Shown: positions 24,649 through 36,660 of the stretch, piece by piece
Position numbering within the stretch: the stretch's first letter is position 1
How the letters are laid out: every line of letters begins with the position of its first letter
Assembly: GCF_018350175.1 (NCBI RefSeq)
Contig: NC_058383.1
Coordinates: 22,756,001 to 22,820,000, forward strand
Reading direction: 5' to 3'
DNA length: 64,000 bases
Origin: Felis catus
Lineage: Eukaryota
Position numbers and translations under genes: made by a program
Notes under the pieces: generated by a model
Database searches by the model: none
What the model saw: the letters and a program-made list of their open reading frames with translations, nothing else
What the model was told of the DNA's origin: nothing

Positions 24649-24696
24649 TATAATGAGTATTTTTTTTAATGTCATTAAATGTTTTCCCAAGACATG

Positions 24697-24836
24697 ATTT
24701 TTTGTTTTTTTTTTAAACGTGTATTTAATTTTATTTGTTGCCTTTTTTTGTTTTTGGCCTATTAGCATTTTTTAATTGCCTCTGAACTAAACTTGCTCCA
24801 TACCCAGGTATAGCAGTTTCTAACATTTGTCCAGGA
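24697..24836 (-). other. Orphan polyadenylated retrocopy of unidentified RNA
   Basis: T-tract, TTTATT (AATAAA on the minus strand) 15 nt away, unique sequence, flanked by CCAAGACATG at 24687-24696 and 24837-24846. Confidence 0.6.
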
Positions 24837-24848
24837 CCAAGACATGGG

Positions 24849-25503
24849 TTTTTTTTTTTTTTTTAATTAAATTAAATTATTTTATTTTATTTATTTATTT
24901 TTAAAATTTATATCCAAATTAGCATAGTGGAACAGTGATTTCAGGAGTAGATTCCTTAATGTCCCTTACCCATTTAGCCCATCCCCCCTCCCACACCCCC
25001 TCCAGTAACCCTCAGTTTGTTCTCCATATTTATGAGTCTCTTATGCTTTGTCCCCCTCCCTGTTTTTATATTATTTTTGCTTCCCTTCCCTTATGTTCAT
25101 CTGTTTTGTCTCTTAAAGTCCTCATATGAGTCAAGTCGTAGGATTTTTGTCTTTCTCTGACTAATTTCACTAGGCATAATACCCTCCAGTTCTATCCACG
25201 TAGTTGCAAATGGCAAGATTTCATTATTTTTGATTGCTGAGTATACTCCATTGTATATATATACCATGTCTTCTTTATCCATTCATCCATCGGTGGACAT
25301 TTGGGCTCTTTCCATACTTTGGCTATTGTTGACAGTCCTGCTATAAACATGGGGGTGCATGTGTCCCTTCGAAACAGCACACCTGTATACCTTGGGTAAA
25401 TACCTAGTGGTGCAATTGCTGGGTCGTAGGGTAATTCTGTTTTTAGTTTTTTGAGGAACCTCCGTACTGTTCTCCAGAGTAGCTGCACCAGCTTGCATTC
25501 CCA
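24849..25503 (-). mobile_element. 5'-truncated L1 3' end
   Basis: [15 protein letters not shown]...CTPMFIA peptide, L1 3'UTR and T-tract tail. Confidence 0.95.
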
Positions 25504-26121
25504 AAGACATATTTTTTAATGACCACTTGTAAGTGTGGCTTACTTTAATTATTTTATCTACTATTATAAATAAAACTATTATGAATAGTCCAGCACATTA
25601 ATTTTGAGCCCCGAAATTTTGATTATTCCTTAGGATAAGCTTAAGAATTACAGTTGCCAAGAGATGAACATTTTAAAGATATTTGTCATATTTTGCTCTT
25701 GAGAAGGTTTCTCCCTATTTTCGTGTCTGTCAATAGTGACTGAGGGTGTCCATCCCCCATGTCCTTACTTGCACTGGACACTACTTGTTTTTCTTCATCA
25801 TTGCCAGGTTCTTAGTTAATGACATTTCATTGTGATTTTTCATTTCTTTTATTACTAGCAACTTTTAAATTTATATTATTAACTTCTTTTTTGAATTGCC
25901 TATTCGTTTGCCTATTTTTCGATTTTTGGAGTTTATTTTGGGTTAATTTATAAGAGCAATTTATTTAAAATAATGTATCATTAAATATTGAAAGCAACAA
26001 AGTACGTGTTATAAAAATTGGTGTTATAGAAATCTGTAACACAAAATGAAAGTCTCCTATAAAACCCAGCTTGCTTGAAATAACCGCTGTTAAAAATTTG
26101 GTGTCTATCCCAAGATATCCA

Positions 26122-26213
26122 GTCTACGGCCATACCACCCTGAACGCGCCCGATCTCGTCTGATCTCGGAAGCTAAGCAGGGTCGGGCCTGGTTAGTACT
26201 TGGATGGGAGACC
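26122..26213 (+). pseudogene. 3'-truncated (tailless) 5S rRNA retropseudogene, 5S nt 1-92
   Basis: GTCTACGGCCATACCACCCTGAACGCGCCCGATCTCGTCTGATCTCGGAAGCTAAGCAGGGTCGGGCCTGGTTAGTACTTGGATGGGAGACC equals mammalian 5S nt 1-92. It lacks the 3' end and terminator. TSD CCAAGATATCC. Confidence 0.95.
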
Positions 26214-26275
26214 AAGATATCCTTATGTAGTAAGGATTTTTTCCCTATTGTTTATCAAGTATGTTACAGATCTAT

Positions 26276-26392
26276 TTTCTTTTTTTACTGTTTATTTTTT
26301 GAGAGAGAGAGAGCGCGAGCAGGGGAGGGGCAGAGAGGGAGACACAGAATCCAAAGTCAGATGGTTTACCAACTGAGCCACCCCAGCACCCC
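26276..26392 (-). mobile_element. Internally deleted CanSINE
   Basis: Linker joined directly to the head; TSD TACAGAT.TA. Confidence 0.8.
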
Positions 26393-26679
26393 TACAGATA
26401 TAGTTTCTAACTTTATATTTTGCCTTTAACATTGTTTCTATTTTAGTAATGCATGTACATGGTATTATTAGAAATATGTAAATTATGTAATAGAAAAACT
26501 AATTTTATAAAATAGTTTAAGTTGATTTTATAATTAATAAGCAATAGGTATTCATTATAGAAAAACCCAGAAAACACAAAGAAGGAAAAAGATCATTCTT
26601 AGTCTACCATTTAGAGACCGTGTTTTGTGTTATATATATGTACTGATTCTGCATGAATGAGAGGGTCTCTGTATCCTTT

Positions 26680-26879
26680 AGTTTTTTTTTAATTTCTTTT
26701 TTAATGTTTACTTTTAAGAGACAGACAGAAGAGGGCAGAGAGAGAGGGGGACAGAGGATTTGAAGCTGGCCCTGTGCTGACAGCAAAGAGCCCAATGCAG
26801 GGCTTGAACTCATAAACCATGAGAGCATGACCTGAGCTGAAGTCAGACGCTTAATTGACTGAGCCACTCAGGTGTCCCC
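26680..26879 (-). mobile_element. CanSINE
   Basis: SINE body on the reverse strand. Confidence 0.88.
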
Positions 26880-27551
26880 TTAAATATTTTTCATAGAATA
26901 TTTTATTATTGTTATTAGCCCCCCCAATATAATATTGACTCAATACTGTCACCTAATACACAAATTTTTCCATTTGTTCCACAAGTCTCTATAAGCTGCT
27001 TCTCCACCTCTCCCTCCCATTAAGATCAATCGATGTGCATACATTGTATTTGGTTGTCTTGTCTCTTATTTATTTTTGTCTTGTCTCTTTAAACTCTTAA
27101 TCTGAAACAGTCATCCCACCTCTGTTTTGTCTTTCATGACATTGACATCTTTGAAGAATACAGTGTAATTTTCTAGTGGAATGTCCCATATTCTGGAATT
27201 GTCTGGTTGTTTCCTGAAGATTAAATTTAGATTAAATATTTTTGCAAGAATACTACATTGATGATGATGTTGTGTATTTCCTGTGGCATCACATCAGGAG
27301 ACACATAATGTGCAATTACTGGTGATGGTTGGATTAATCACTTGGTAGATGTATCTAGTGTATCCAGTAGATCTCTCTATTATAAAGGTACCTCTTTCTC
27401 TTTGTAATTAATAAGTAATCCATGGGGTGATGCTTTGAGCTGATAGGAAAATACTAATCCTCAAAGAACATTTACTCAGTGACTTTACCATCCATTGATA
27501 AATCTTGCCTGAATAAATGTTCACACTACTGATTATAAAATGGCGACTCTC

Positions 27552-27763
27552 GGGGCGCCTGAGTGGCTCAGTCGTTTGAGCACCTGACTTTGACTCAGGT
27601 CATGATATTGTGGTTTGTGAATTTGAGCCCCGCATTGGGCTCTGTGCTGACAGCTCCGAGCCTGGAGCCTGCTTTGGATTCTGTGTCTCCTCCTCTCCCT
27701 GCCCCTCCTATGCTCATGTTCTATCTCTCTCTGACTCTCAATAATAAATAAACATTTAAAAAA
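27552..27763 (+). mobile_element. CanSINE within an old L1M relic
   Basis: GGGGCGCCTGAGTGGCTCAG head; TSD AAAATGGC.A.TC. Confidence 0.9.
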
Positions 27764-27857
27764 ATGGCAATTCCCTAATTCTCTCATTCCTTCTACATTT
27801 ATTTGCAGACCTTTTTTTGTAAAGAAGAGATTTTTTTTCTTTCCTCACTTTTTAAAA

Positions 27858-28403
27858 GTTTTATTTATTTATTTAAAAAATTTTTTAATGTTTTTCATTT
27901 TTGAGAGAGAGAGAGACAGAGTGTGAGTGGGGGAGGGGTAGAGAGAGAAGGAGACAGAATCTAAAGTAGGCTCCAGGCTCTGAGCTGTCAGCACAGAGCC
28001 GGACGTGGGACTTGAACTCACAGACTGTGAGATCATGACCTGAGCTGAAGGGACACCCAACCGACTGAGCCACCCAGACACCCCTAAAAGTTTTATTTGT
28101 TTAATCTCTGCACCATGTGGGGCTCAAACTCATGACCCTGAGATCAAGAGTTTCATGCTCCTCCTGAGCCAGCCAGGTGCCCCCTTTCCTTACTTTAGTA
28201 TTTTTTTTAAATTTTTGTTTATTTATTTATTTTGAGAGAGAGAGCATGTGCGCACAAGTGGGGGAGGCACAGAGAGAATCCCAAGCAGGCTCCATGCCAT
28301 CAGTGCAGAGCCTGATGCAGGGCTCAAACTCACAAACTGAGATCACGACCTAAGCTGAGATCAGCAGTTGGACACCCAGCCAACTGCACCACCCAAGCAC
28401 CCC
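27858..28403 (-). mobile_element. Cluster of three antisense CanSINEs (~27858-28084, ~28090-28184, ~28200-28403)
   Basis: Three SINE heads ending CCAGACACCCC, CCAGGTGCCCC and CCAAGCACCCC. Confidence 0.88.
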
Positions 28404-29407
28404 CCTTTCTTTACTTTAATATCACTATGAATTCATGGATTCTTTTTTTATTCATTGTGTTATGATTTACTGTTGCCATTATTCATTTTGATGCTTGAAT
28501 TATTTCAAATTTGGACAGTAGTTGCCCCTTTAGGCTGCCTCCTGTATCTTTTTGACATGTCCCCATCAGTCTTTGAGTACTTCCTTGCTGTTTGGCACAA
28601 ATAATTCCAGGAACACATACTTTTCCTGCCTCAGACCTATGTTTTCCGAGGAGCCAGGTTTCTTTTAGTGGGAAATGGTATTTAGAAACCAAGGTCTGGA
28701 CACCGAGGGTGCTCATTGTTGCTGGGGTTCCAGGTCCTTTTGGTGGACAGAGCTAGGAAATATATATCTCCAGTTTATACTGATCCTTCTAAATCAGATC
28801 CACTTTACCTTCTGCATCTCTTCTTGTACAGTGAGAACTCTGGTTCTCAACTGTGTGTGTGTGTTTTATATATATGCGTGTCCAGTTATTTTTCATGACT
28901 GCCTTATGGATAGGTCACAACGTATTTAATTTATTCACTCAACTACAAATGAACTGGTACTGGAATGCTGAACACTGAGCAAAACCAGACACAGTCCCTG
29001 CTCTCATACAACATCTGTTCTGGTGGGAGATAACCAAATCATCATAGTAATAGGTGTATAATTACAAAATGAGATGAGTACTTTGAAAGAAAGCAGAGTG
29101 GTTCTAGGAGAATATATGAACAAACAACGCTGATTGAGCCTGGTGACTTCAGCTGCGTGAGTCCTGAAAGAAGAATGGGAGGTGACCAGATGCAGGAGGG
29201 TAAGGGAGAAAAAGGGCCTTCCAGACAGAACTGACCAGAAGCCCAGTACTTCTGAGGAAGCACAAGAAGGCTGGAGGCCAGGGGAATTGTGAAGGAGGAA
29301 AGGCTGGGCAGTAACAATAGAGACAGCTGGCATTTATTAAGTGTTACCACATGCTACACAGAGATTTTATGTAATCTCCATGAAGGCCTTGTAAGATTGA
29401 TGCCATT

Positions 29408-29779
29408 TTTTTCTTTCTATAATTTATTTATTTTCTATAATTTACATCCAAGTTAGCACACGGTGCAACAATGATTTCAGGGGTAGATTCCTTAAGCCCC
29501 TTACCCATTTAGCCCATCCCTCCTCCCATAACTCCTCCAGCAACCCTCTGTTCTCTGTATTTAAGAGTCTCTTATGTTTTGTCCTTCCCCTGTTTTTATA
29601 TTATTTTTGCTTCCCTTCCCTTATGTTCATCTGTTTTGTACTTTGAAGTCCCATATGAGTGAAGTCATATGATACTTGTCTTTCTATGACTAATTTTGCT
29701 TAGCATAATACCCTCTAGTTCTATGCACGTAGTTGCAAACAGCAAGATTTCATTCTTTTTGATTGCCCAGTAATACTTC

Positions 29780-29829
<50 letters not shown>

Positions 29830-30829
29830 TGTCTTCTTTATCCATTCATCCATCGATGGACATTTGGGCTCTTTCCATACTTTGGCTATTGTTGATAGTG
29901 CTGCTATAAACATTGGGGTGAATGTGCCCTTTGAAACAGCACATCTGTATCCCTTGGGTAAATGCCTAGTAGTGCAATTGCTGGGTCGTAGGGTAGTTCT
30001 ATTTTTAATTTTTTGAGGAACCTCCATACTGTTTTCCAGAGTGGCTGCACCAGCTTGCATTCCCACCAACAATGCAAAAGAGATCCTCTTTTTCTGCATC
30101 CTCATCAACATCTGTTGTTGCCTGAGTTGTTAATGTTAGCCATTCTGACAGGTGTGAGGTGGTATCTCATTGTGGTTTTGATTTGTATTTCCCTGATGAT
30201 GAGTGATGTTGAGCATTTTCTCGTGTCGGTTGGTCATCTGGATGTCGTCTTTGGAGAAGTGTCTATTCATGCCTTTTGCCCATTTCTTCACTGGATTATT
30301 TGTTTTTTGGGTGTTGAGTTTGATAAGTTCTCTATAGATTTTGGACACTAACCCTTTATCTGATACGTCATTTGCAAATATCTTCTCCTATTCCATTGGT
30401 TGCCTTTTTAGTTTTGCTGATTGTTTCCTTCGCTGTGCAGAAGCTTTTTATTTTGATGAGGTCCCAGTAGTTCATTTCTGCTTTGGTTTCCCTTGCCTCC
30501 GGAGACGTGTTGAGTAAGAAGTTGCTGCGGCCGAGGTCAAAGGGGTTTTTGCCTGCTTTTTCCTCGAGGATTTTGGTGGCTTCCTATCTTACATTTAGGT
30601 CTTTCATCCATTTTGAGTTTATTTTTGTGTATGGTGTAAGAAAGTGGTCCAGGTTCATTTTTCTGCATGTTGCTGTCCAATTTTCCCAGCACCATTTGCT
30701 GAAAAGACTGTCTTTATTCCATTGGATATTCTTTCCTGCTTTGTCAAAAATTAGTTGGCCGTACGTTTGTGGGTCCATTTCTGGGTTCTCTATTCTGTTC
30801 CATTGATCTGAGTGTCTGTTTTTGTGCCA
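29408..30829 (-). mobile_element. 5'-truncated L1 (~1.4 kb), inserted in a MIR-like relic
   Basis: ORF2 peptides [21 protein letters not shown] and [10 protein letters not shown]; perfect 15-bp TSD AAGATTGATGCCATT at 29393-29407 and 30830-30844. Confidence 0.96.
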
Positions 30830-31280
30830 AAGATTGATGCCATTATTAACCCCAGTGTACAATGGAGGGAACAGGTGTTGAAAGTTCTATCATTGGCACA
30901 TAGTCACATAAGTAGGAGGCAAGAGAACTTGGATAGGAGAGCCTTCACTCTTCACTGCTTCCCTCTTTCACCTTCTAGGTCAGTCCTTGTGGGTCCTTGC
31001 AGGCTATAGAAAAGATTTTGGATCCCAGCTGATACACTCAAAGACTGATTATGGATGTTTCAAAAAGATAAAGGAGGCAGCCTGAAATGACCAAATTTGA
31101 AATAACTTGAACATCAAAATGAATAACAACAATGATGGATCATGACACAATGAATATAAAACGAATCCACGAGTTCACAGGAATATTGTATTAAAGAGAA
31201 AGAGGAAAATCTCTTCTTTACAAAAGAAGGCCCGCATATGGATGTAGAAAGAATGAGGGAATTAGGAAATCACCATTTTA

Positions 31281-31468
31281 GTTTTTTTAAAGTTTGGTTA
31301 TTTATTTTGAGAGAGAGCGTGAGCAGGGGAGAGTCAGAGAATCTCAAGCAGGCTCTGCACTGTCAGTGTGAAGCCCGATGAGGGGCTTGAACCCATGTAC
31401 TGTGAAATCATGACCTGAGCTGAAATCAAGAGTTGGACACTTACGTGACTGAGCCACCCAGACTCTCC
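31281..31468 (-). mobile_element. CanSINE
   Basis: SINE body; TSD AGGAAATCA.CATTT. Confidence 0.88.
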
Positions 31469-31806
31469 AGGAAATCAACATTTTATAATCATCAGGCAAA
31501 GGTTATTAATAGATGCTAAAGTCACTTGGGTAAGTGTTCAACTTGGAAGCTGAATTGCTATGTCCTGGAATATGCCCGTTTTGATTTTTGATACAAACAT
31601 GCTTTGCATTTTATGTATTGAATATAGGAGTTTTTTGGAATGCCTAGTATATGGGGTTGCAAGTTCTGGAAAAGTGTTCTTCCTGCAGAGCCTTTTCTCT
31701 GTAGCACTTCTGCAACTTGACCTTGGGTAGAGTTAGCATTTGAAGGGATTCTTGACCATGACAGGTTGTGGAACGAAGGGGGTTGGTGGCTTTAATAGTG
31801 CTCTGT

Positions 31807-32030
31807 GGGGCGTCTGGGTGGCTCAGTTGGTTAAGCATCCAACTTCAGCTCAGGTCATGATCTCATGGTCTGTGAGTTTGAGCCCCAAGTTGGCTCTGTG
31901 CTGACAGCTTGGACCTGGAGCCTGCTTCTGATTCTGTGTCTCCCTCTCTCTCTGCCCCTACCCCCCACCCCCCGCCACGCTATCTCTCTCTGTCTCTGAA
32001 AAATGAATAAACCTTAAACATTTTTTTTTA
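31807..32030 (+). mobile_element. CanSINE
   Basis: SINE body; TSD AATAGTGCTC. Confidence 0.9.
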
Positions 32031-32249
32031 AATAGTGCTCCAGACAGATAATACATAGAGCTCACATTTATGAAAATATTTACTGAAGTGATTGTGGGAA
32101 CTTCCATGAACAACAAAAGCAAATTGACAAAATGTAGTCACCCCAAGATGAGACCGGAAAAGTTCCCATACAGTACCTTTCACCTGTTTTTTTCCCAGCA
32201 ATTTCTGACTCTTTGTTCATCATCAATTTTAATTTTTGATTCCCTCAAG

Positions 32250-32377
32250 ATGAGTACAACCTGGTGAAAGTCACAGAGCTGGTGGAGGCTGTATATGGTC
32301 CATACAAACCTTACCAACTGAAGTATGGCGACATGGAAGAGAAGAACGTCCTCATCCAGATCAGTGCTGTGCCCTTG
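32250..32377 (+). CDS. COG7: COG7 coding exon (probably exon 8), 128 nt, phase 1 to 0
   Basis: ttccctcaag|ATGAGTAC...CCCTTG|gtaatg; (H)[42 protein letters not shown]. Confidence 0.96.
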
Positions 32378-33268
32378 GTAATGTCCTAGTACTGCCGGTG
32401 GCCATCGAGGAATTATACGGTTTGCCAGCCACGGGGTTGGTGAAGTGGGGGGGGGGTGGCATCAGGTGTGCAAAGAGTGGGAACAGGTGTGCAAAAACAG
32501 CCTCTTAATTACCTTGTGGGGTTTTCAATCCAAGTGTAAAATGAAACCACAGATATGCTACCAATTTTCTATTTAAAAGCTCAAGTAAAGGTCCAGCAGA
32601 ATGAGAGACTTAAATCTTTTGGGGATAAGTTGATGATCTCCCTGATTTGACAAATTCTTATTATGGCAGTCTTTTGTCTAAGGAATATATGGAAATGGGC
32701 ACAGGAACTGTACATTCATGGACCCTGCCCCAGGGGCGGGTTTGCTTGTGCGGGCCTCCGAGGGGAAGAGAGGGCATTCCCATTACAAATATTAAGGTTA
32801 TCTAGCATGAAGCGAGTTGACATTTAAGAGTAGATCTCACACTAGTTAAACTCTGCTGCTTCCTGCCATTTTTCTGTTTTCCAGGGACATGCCTAGAAAG
32901 TCCGTTCCGCCTCAGTTACATTCTTGCCCCTGAAGGAAGCATTTTCCTTTTCCTACATTCTTCTGGAGTGTCTGATACGGAGAATTTGAATTCTAGCTTT
33001 AGAGCCAGGGGGGAGATGCCATCTTAATCACAGAAAAAGAGGAAAGAGATGAAAAATACAGGATGTTGATCCTGCTTTTCTGGCAGGAGTTCACATGTGT
33101 GATCTCATGGGCCACATCGATTTCCTCCCCTTGGGTCAGGCTTCCAGAGGGCTGTTGCCGCTTGGCGCTGTGTTTCTGCCACCTGACTTGGGTGGTTTTA
33201 CCACGGGCGAAGAGGTTTGGAGGTCTCCTCCATCTTAATGTTGTCTATTCATTTGTTCTCGAGCCTGA

Positions 33269-33457
<189 letters not shown>

Positions 33458-33771
33458 TAAGGCTGGGGTGTGGGGACAGGGCCGGCTACTCCGGAGGGCG
33501 CTCTCTGCCCCAGTTGAAAATGCGTGCATTCTGTGTTCCTCCTGTGAGCCCTGGAGAAGCACCTGAATGGCCATGAATTTGGCAATGGCTAAATAAGATA
33601 TGGTATATTTGTACAAGGGAACTCTATTTGGCAGTTGCAGTATTAATAGGGCTACACATATCAACATTGATAGAGTTCATTGAGTGAATAAAAAAGCAAG
33701 TTGCAGAATCCTATGTAGAGTCTAATACAGTATGTGAAAACAACATAAAAAAATAGGGTATACTTTCCATA

Positions 33772-34212
33772 GCAGGGTTCAGCAGACTTTTTCTGCAGAG
33801 GGCCAGATGATAAGCATTTTAGGCTTTTGGGCCTTATGGTCAATAGAAACTTCGGTAGATGACACATAAATGAATGGGCATGGCTGTATTCCAGGAAAAT
33901 TTCACTTACAAAATAGCCTAGAGTACCAATCCCTGTTCTGGATCTTGTTTTGTTTGTTTGTTTGTTTTTTTTTTCCATGCTTTAACATGCATTATATATT
34001 CCTGTAGAAGACGTGTCAACAAACTCTTAACACATGAGCCAAATCTGGCCTACCCTCTGTTTTTGTAAATAAAGTTTTATTGCAACACAGCCATGTCCAT
34101 TCCCTTATCTATGGTCTATGAAGGTAGAAGTGAGTAGTTAGAGCAGAGACCTTGGGACCCTCAAAACCTAAAATAATGGGACCTTAGCAGAAAAAAGTTT
34201 TGCTGAGCTCTA
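33772..34212. mobile_element. Two MER58-like DNA transposon relics in opposite orientation (~33772-33920, ~34010-34212) within old L1M sequence
   Basis: CAGGGTTCAGCAGACTTTTTCTGCAGAGGGCCAGATG and GCCAAATCTGGCC...GTAAATAAAGTTTTATTGCAACACAGCCATG motifs. Confidence 0.65.
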
Positions 34213-34384
34213 ATGCCTGGAAGGTTAGGCCACAAACTCAAAACATCTGTTATCTTTGGGGAGGTAGGAAAGGAGGGAAGGACTAGGGTGGTATTCATAG
34301 AGGATTTAGCTTTATTTGTTATTTTCTGATTTTTAAAAAAGTATATAGTCATGCATTTCTTGTGTAGCTAAAAATATAAAAATG

Positions 34385-34700
34385 AGAGAAATACGTCATG
34401 CTAAGTGAAGGAGGTCAGTCACAAAAGATCACATGCTGTATGATTCCACCTGTATGAAGGATCGAAAACAGGCAAGTGGGTAGGAACAGAAAATAGATTC
34501 TCCCCTGGTTGAGGAGAGGTGGACATTTGGAGGAGATGGGGGTTCAATACCAAAAGATACAGGGCTTTTTTTTCAGGTGATGAACATGTTCGCAAGTTGA
34601 TCAGTGATGGTCACACAGCCCTGTGACTACACTAAAATCACTGGATTGTACTCTTTAAATGGGTGAACTGTGTGGTGTGTGAATTCCATTGCAACAGAGC
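34385..34700 (+). mobile_element. Old L1MB-like 3'UTR fragment
   Basis: ATGCTAAGTGAAGGAGGTCAGTCACAAAAGATCACATGCTGTATGATTCCA...CTTTAAATGGGTGAACTGTGTGGTGTGTGAATT. Confidence 0.75.
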
Positions 34701-35408
34701 TGTGGAGAGAAAGAAGAGGACACTAAATCACGCTGTATTAGGAAGAAGTGAGCAAGCAGCATAAGGCTGGATTTTCTGACCCGTGCAGTTGAGGCGTGAG
34801 GGCCCTCAGGTCTGCTCCAGTCTCCCACTTAGAGACAAATATGTTCTTAGGCTCTCCAAAGACCTTCCTTTGGTAGCTTGTTCTAGAATGAAGTCACCCT
34901 CAGTCTCGAGAAATTTTTTTTTAATTGAACTGAATGCTGTTTTCCTGTAGTAAATTTTAGGGAGCTTTTGGCATTCCAGAAATACTGGGCACACCCCTGT
35001 GAGCTCTGAGGTCCGTGGTGCAGTGGGCAGTTACCACCTCTGGAGGGCAGCTCCCAGTGTAGATGTTAGGGCTGCCAAGGACCCACGCCCTGCTCTCAGA
35101 CAGAGGTGCAGCCAGGTGAGCCCAGATGCGTTCACTTTTCTAAGATGCATGAGCAACAAGTCTAATCAGACAAAACCACTTTCTGTCTCCAGCACCAGCC
35201 AGGACTTTGTGGATGGAAAGAATTTTTTATCGAGACATAAAAATGTGACTATAAAATAACAAAAATAATGCTGTAGAATAATTTTTTAGAATACAAAAAA
35301 GTATTAAAAAGTCAAAATCTTCTTCCCTTCCTTTCTACCCTTAGTCCTTCTGCTCAGAAATACCCACTCTTGCACATTTTGCTTTTAGTCTTTTAAAAGA
35401 AGATGTCA

Positions 35409-36660
35409 GCTGCCTGGGTGGCTCAGTCGGTTAAGTGTCTGACTTTGGCTCAGGTCATGATCTCACGATTCGTGAATTTGAGGCTGGAGTTGGGCTTGCT
35501 GCTGTCAATGTGGAGCTTGCTTTGGATCCTCTGTCCCCCTCTCTTTCTGCCCTCCCCTGCTTACGTTCTCTATCTCTATCTCTTTCTTTCAAAAGTAAAT
35601 AAAACATTAAAAATTTTATATAGATAAAAGATTTTTCAGCTCTTCCCTCTGTAAAGAAAATTTTTTTATCAACCTTAACTATTATTTTTTTTTTTAATTT
35701 TAGAGAAGGGGGGTGCCTGAGTGACTTGGCCGGTTGAGGTCTCTGACTTCGGCTCACTGTTCCCATTTGAGCCCCCATTCCCACTTGCTGCTGTCAGCAC
35801 TGAGCCTGCTTCAGATCCTCTGTTCCTGACCCCCCGACCCTCCCTGGTTCACATTTTCTCTCTCTCTCAAAAATAAATAAAACATTAAAAATTCTTTTTG
35901 GAGAGGGAGAGCAGGAGTGGAGGAGAGGAGTGGAGGGGGAGAGAGAGGGAGTCTTAAGCTGGCTCCACACTCAGTGTGGAGCCCAACTCGGGGTCCGATC
36001 GCACAACCCTGGGATCATGACCTGAGCTGAAATCAAGAGTTGGATGCTTAACTGACAGAGCCACCCAGGCGCCCCTCAACCTTAACTACTATATCTTGAG
36101 GGACTGGGTTTATTTAAGGAAGTTCCTCTCTCTTATCCCCTGCCCCTTTCAGCTCTCGTGAGTGATATTTTTACTTCCAGTTCTGTTGGTTATTTTGGTT
36201 ACTTCATTAAAAAAAAAAATAACAGGGGCACCTGGGTGGCTCAGTCAGTTAAGCGTCCGACTTCGGCTCAGGTCATGCTCTCTTGGTTTGTGAGTTCGAG
36301 CTCCGTGTCGACCTCTGTGCTGACAGCTTGGAGCCTGGAGCCTGCAGCCTGCTTCGGATTCTGTGTCCCCCTCTCTCTCCGTCCCACCCCTGTTTGTGTT
36401 CTGTCTCTCTCTGTCTTTCAAAAATGAATAAACATGGGGCGCTTGGGTGGTTCAGTTGGTTGGGCATCTGACTTCGGCTCAGGTCATGATCTCACAGTCT
36501 GTGAGTTCGAGCCCCGCGTCGGGCTCCGTGCTGACAGCTCGGAGCCTGGAGCCTGCTTTGGATTCTGTGTCTTGCTCTCTCTCTGCCCCTCCCCTGCTCA
36601 CGTTCTGTCTCTCTCTGTCTCAAAAATAAATAAAACATTAAAAAAAATTTATTAAAAAAA
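35409..36660. mobile_element. Cluster of five CanSINEs (+35409-35612, +35710-35890, -35893-36075, +36225-36432, +36436-36660)
   Basis: Recognisable heads, linkers and tails; includes an adjacent inverted pair and a tandem pair. Confidence 0.88.

Noticed and set aside
26122..26213. Functional 5S rRNA gene
   Set aside because: Lacks the last ~28 nt and the terminator, is a single copy, and is flanked by a TSD, so it is a retrocopy.
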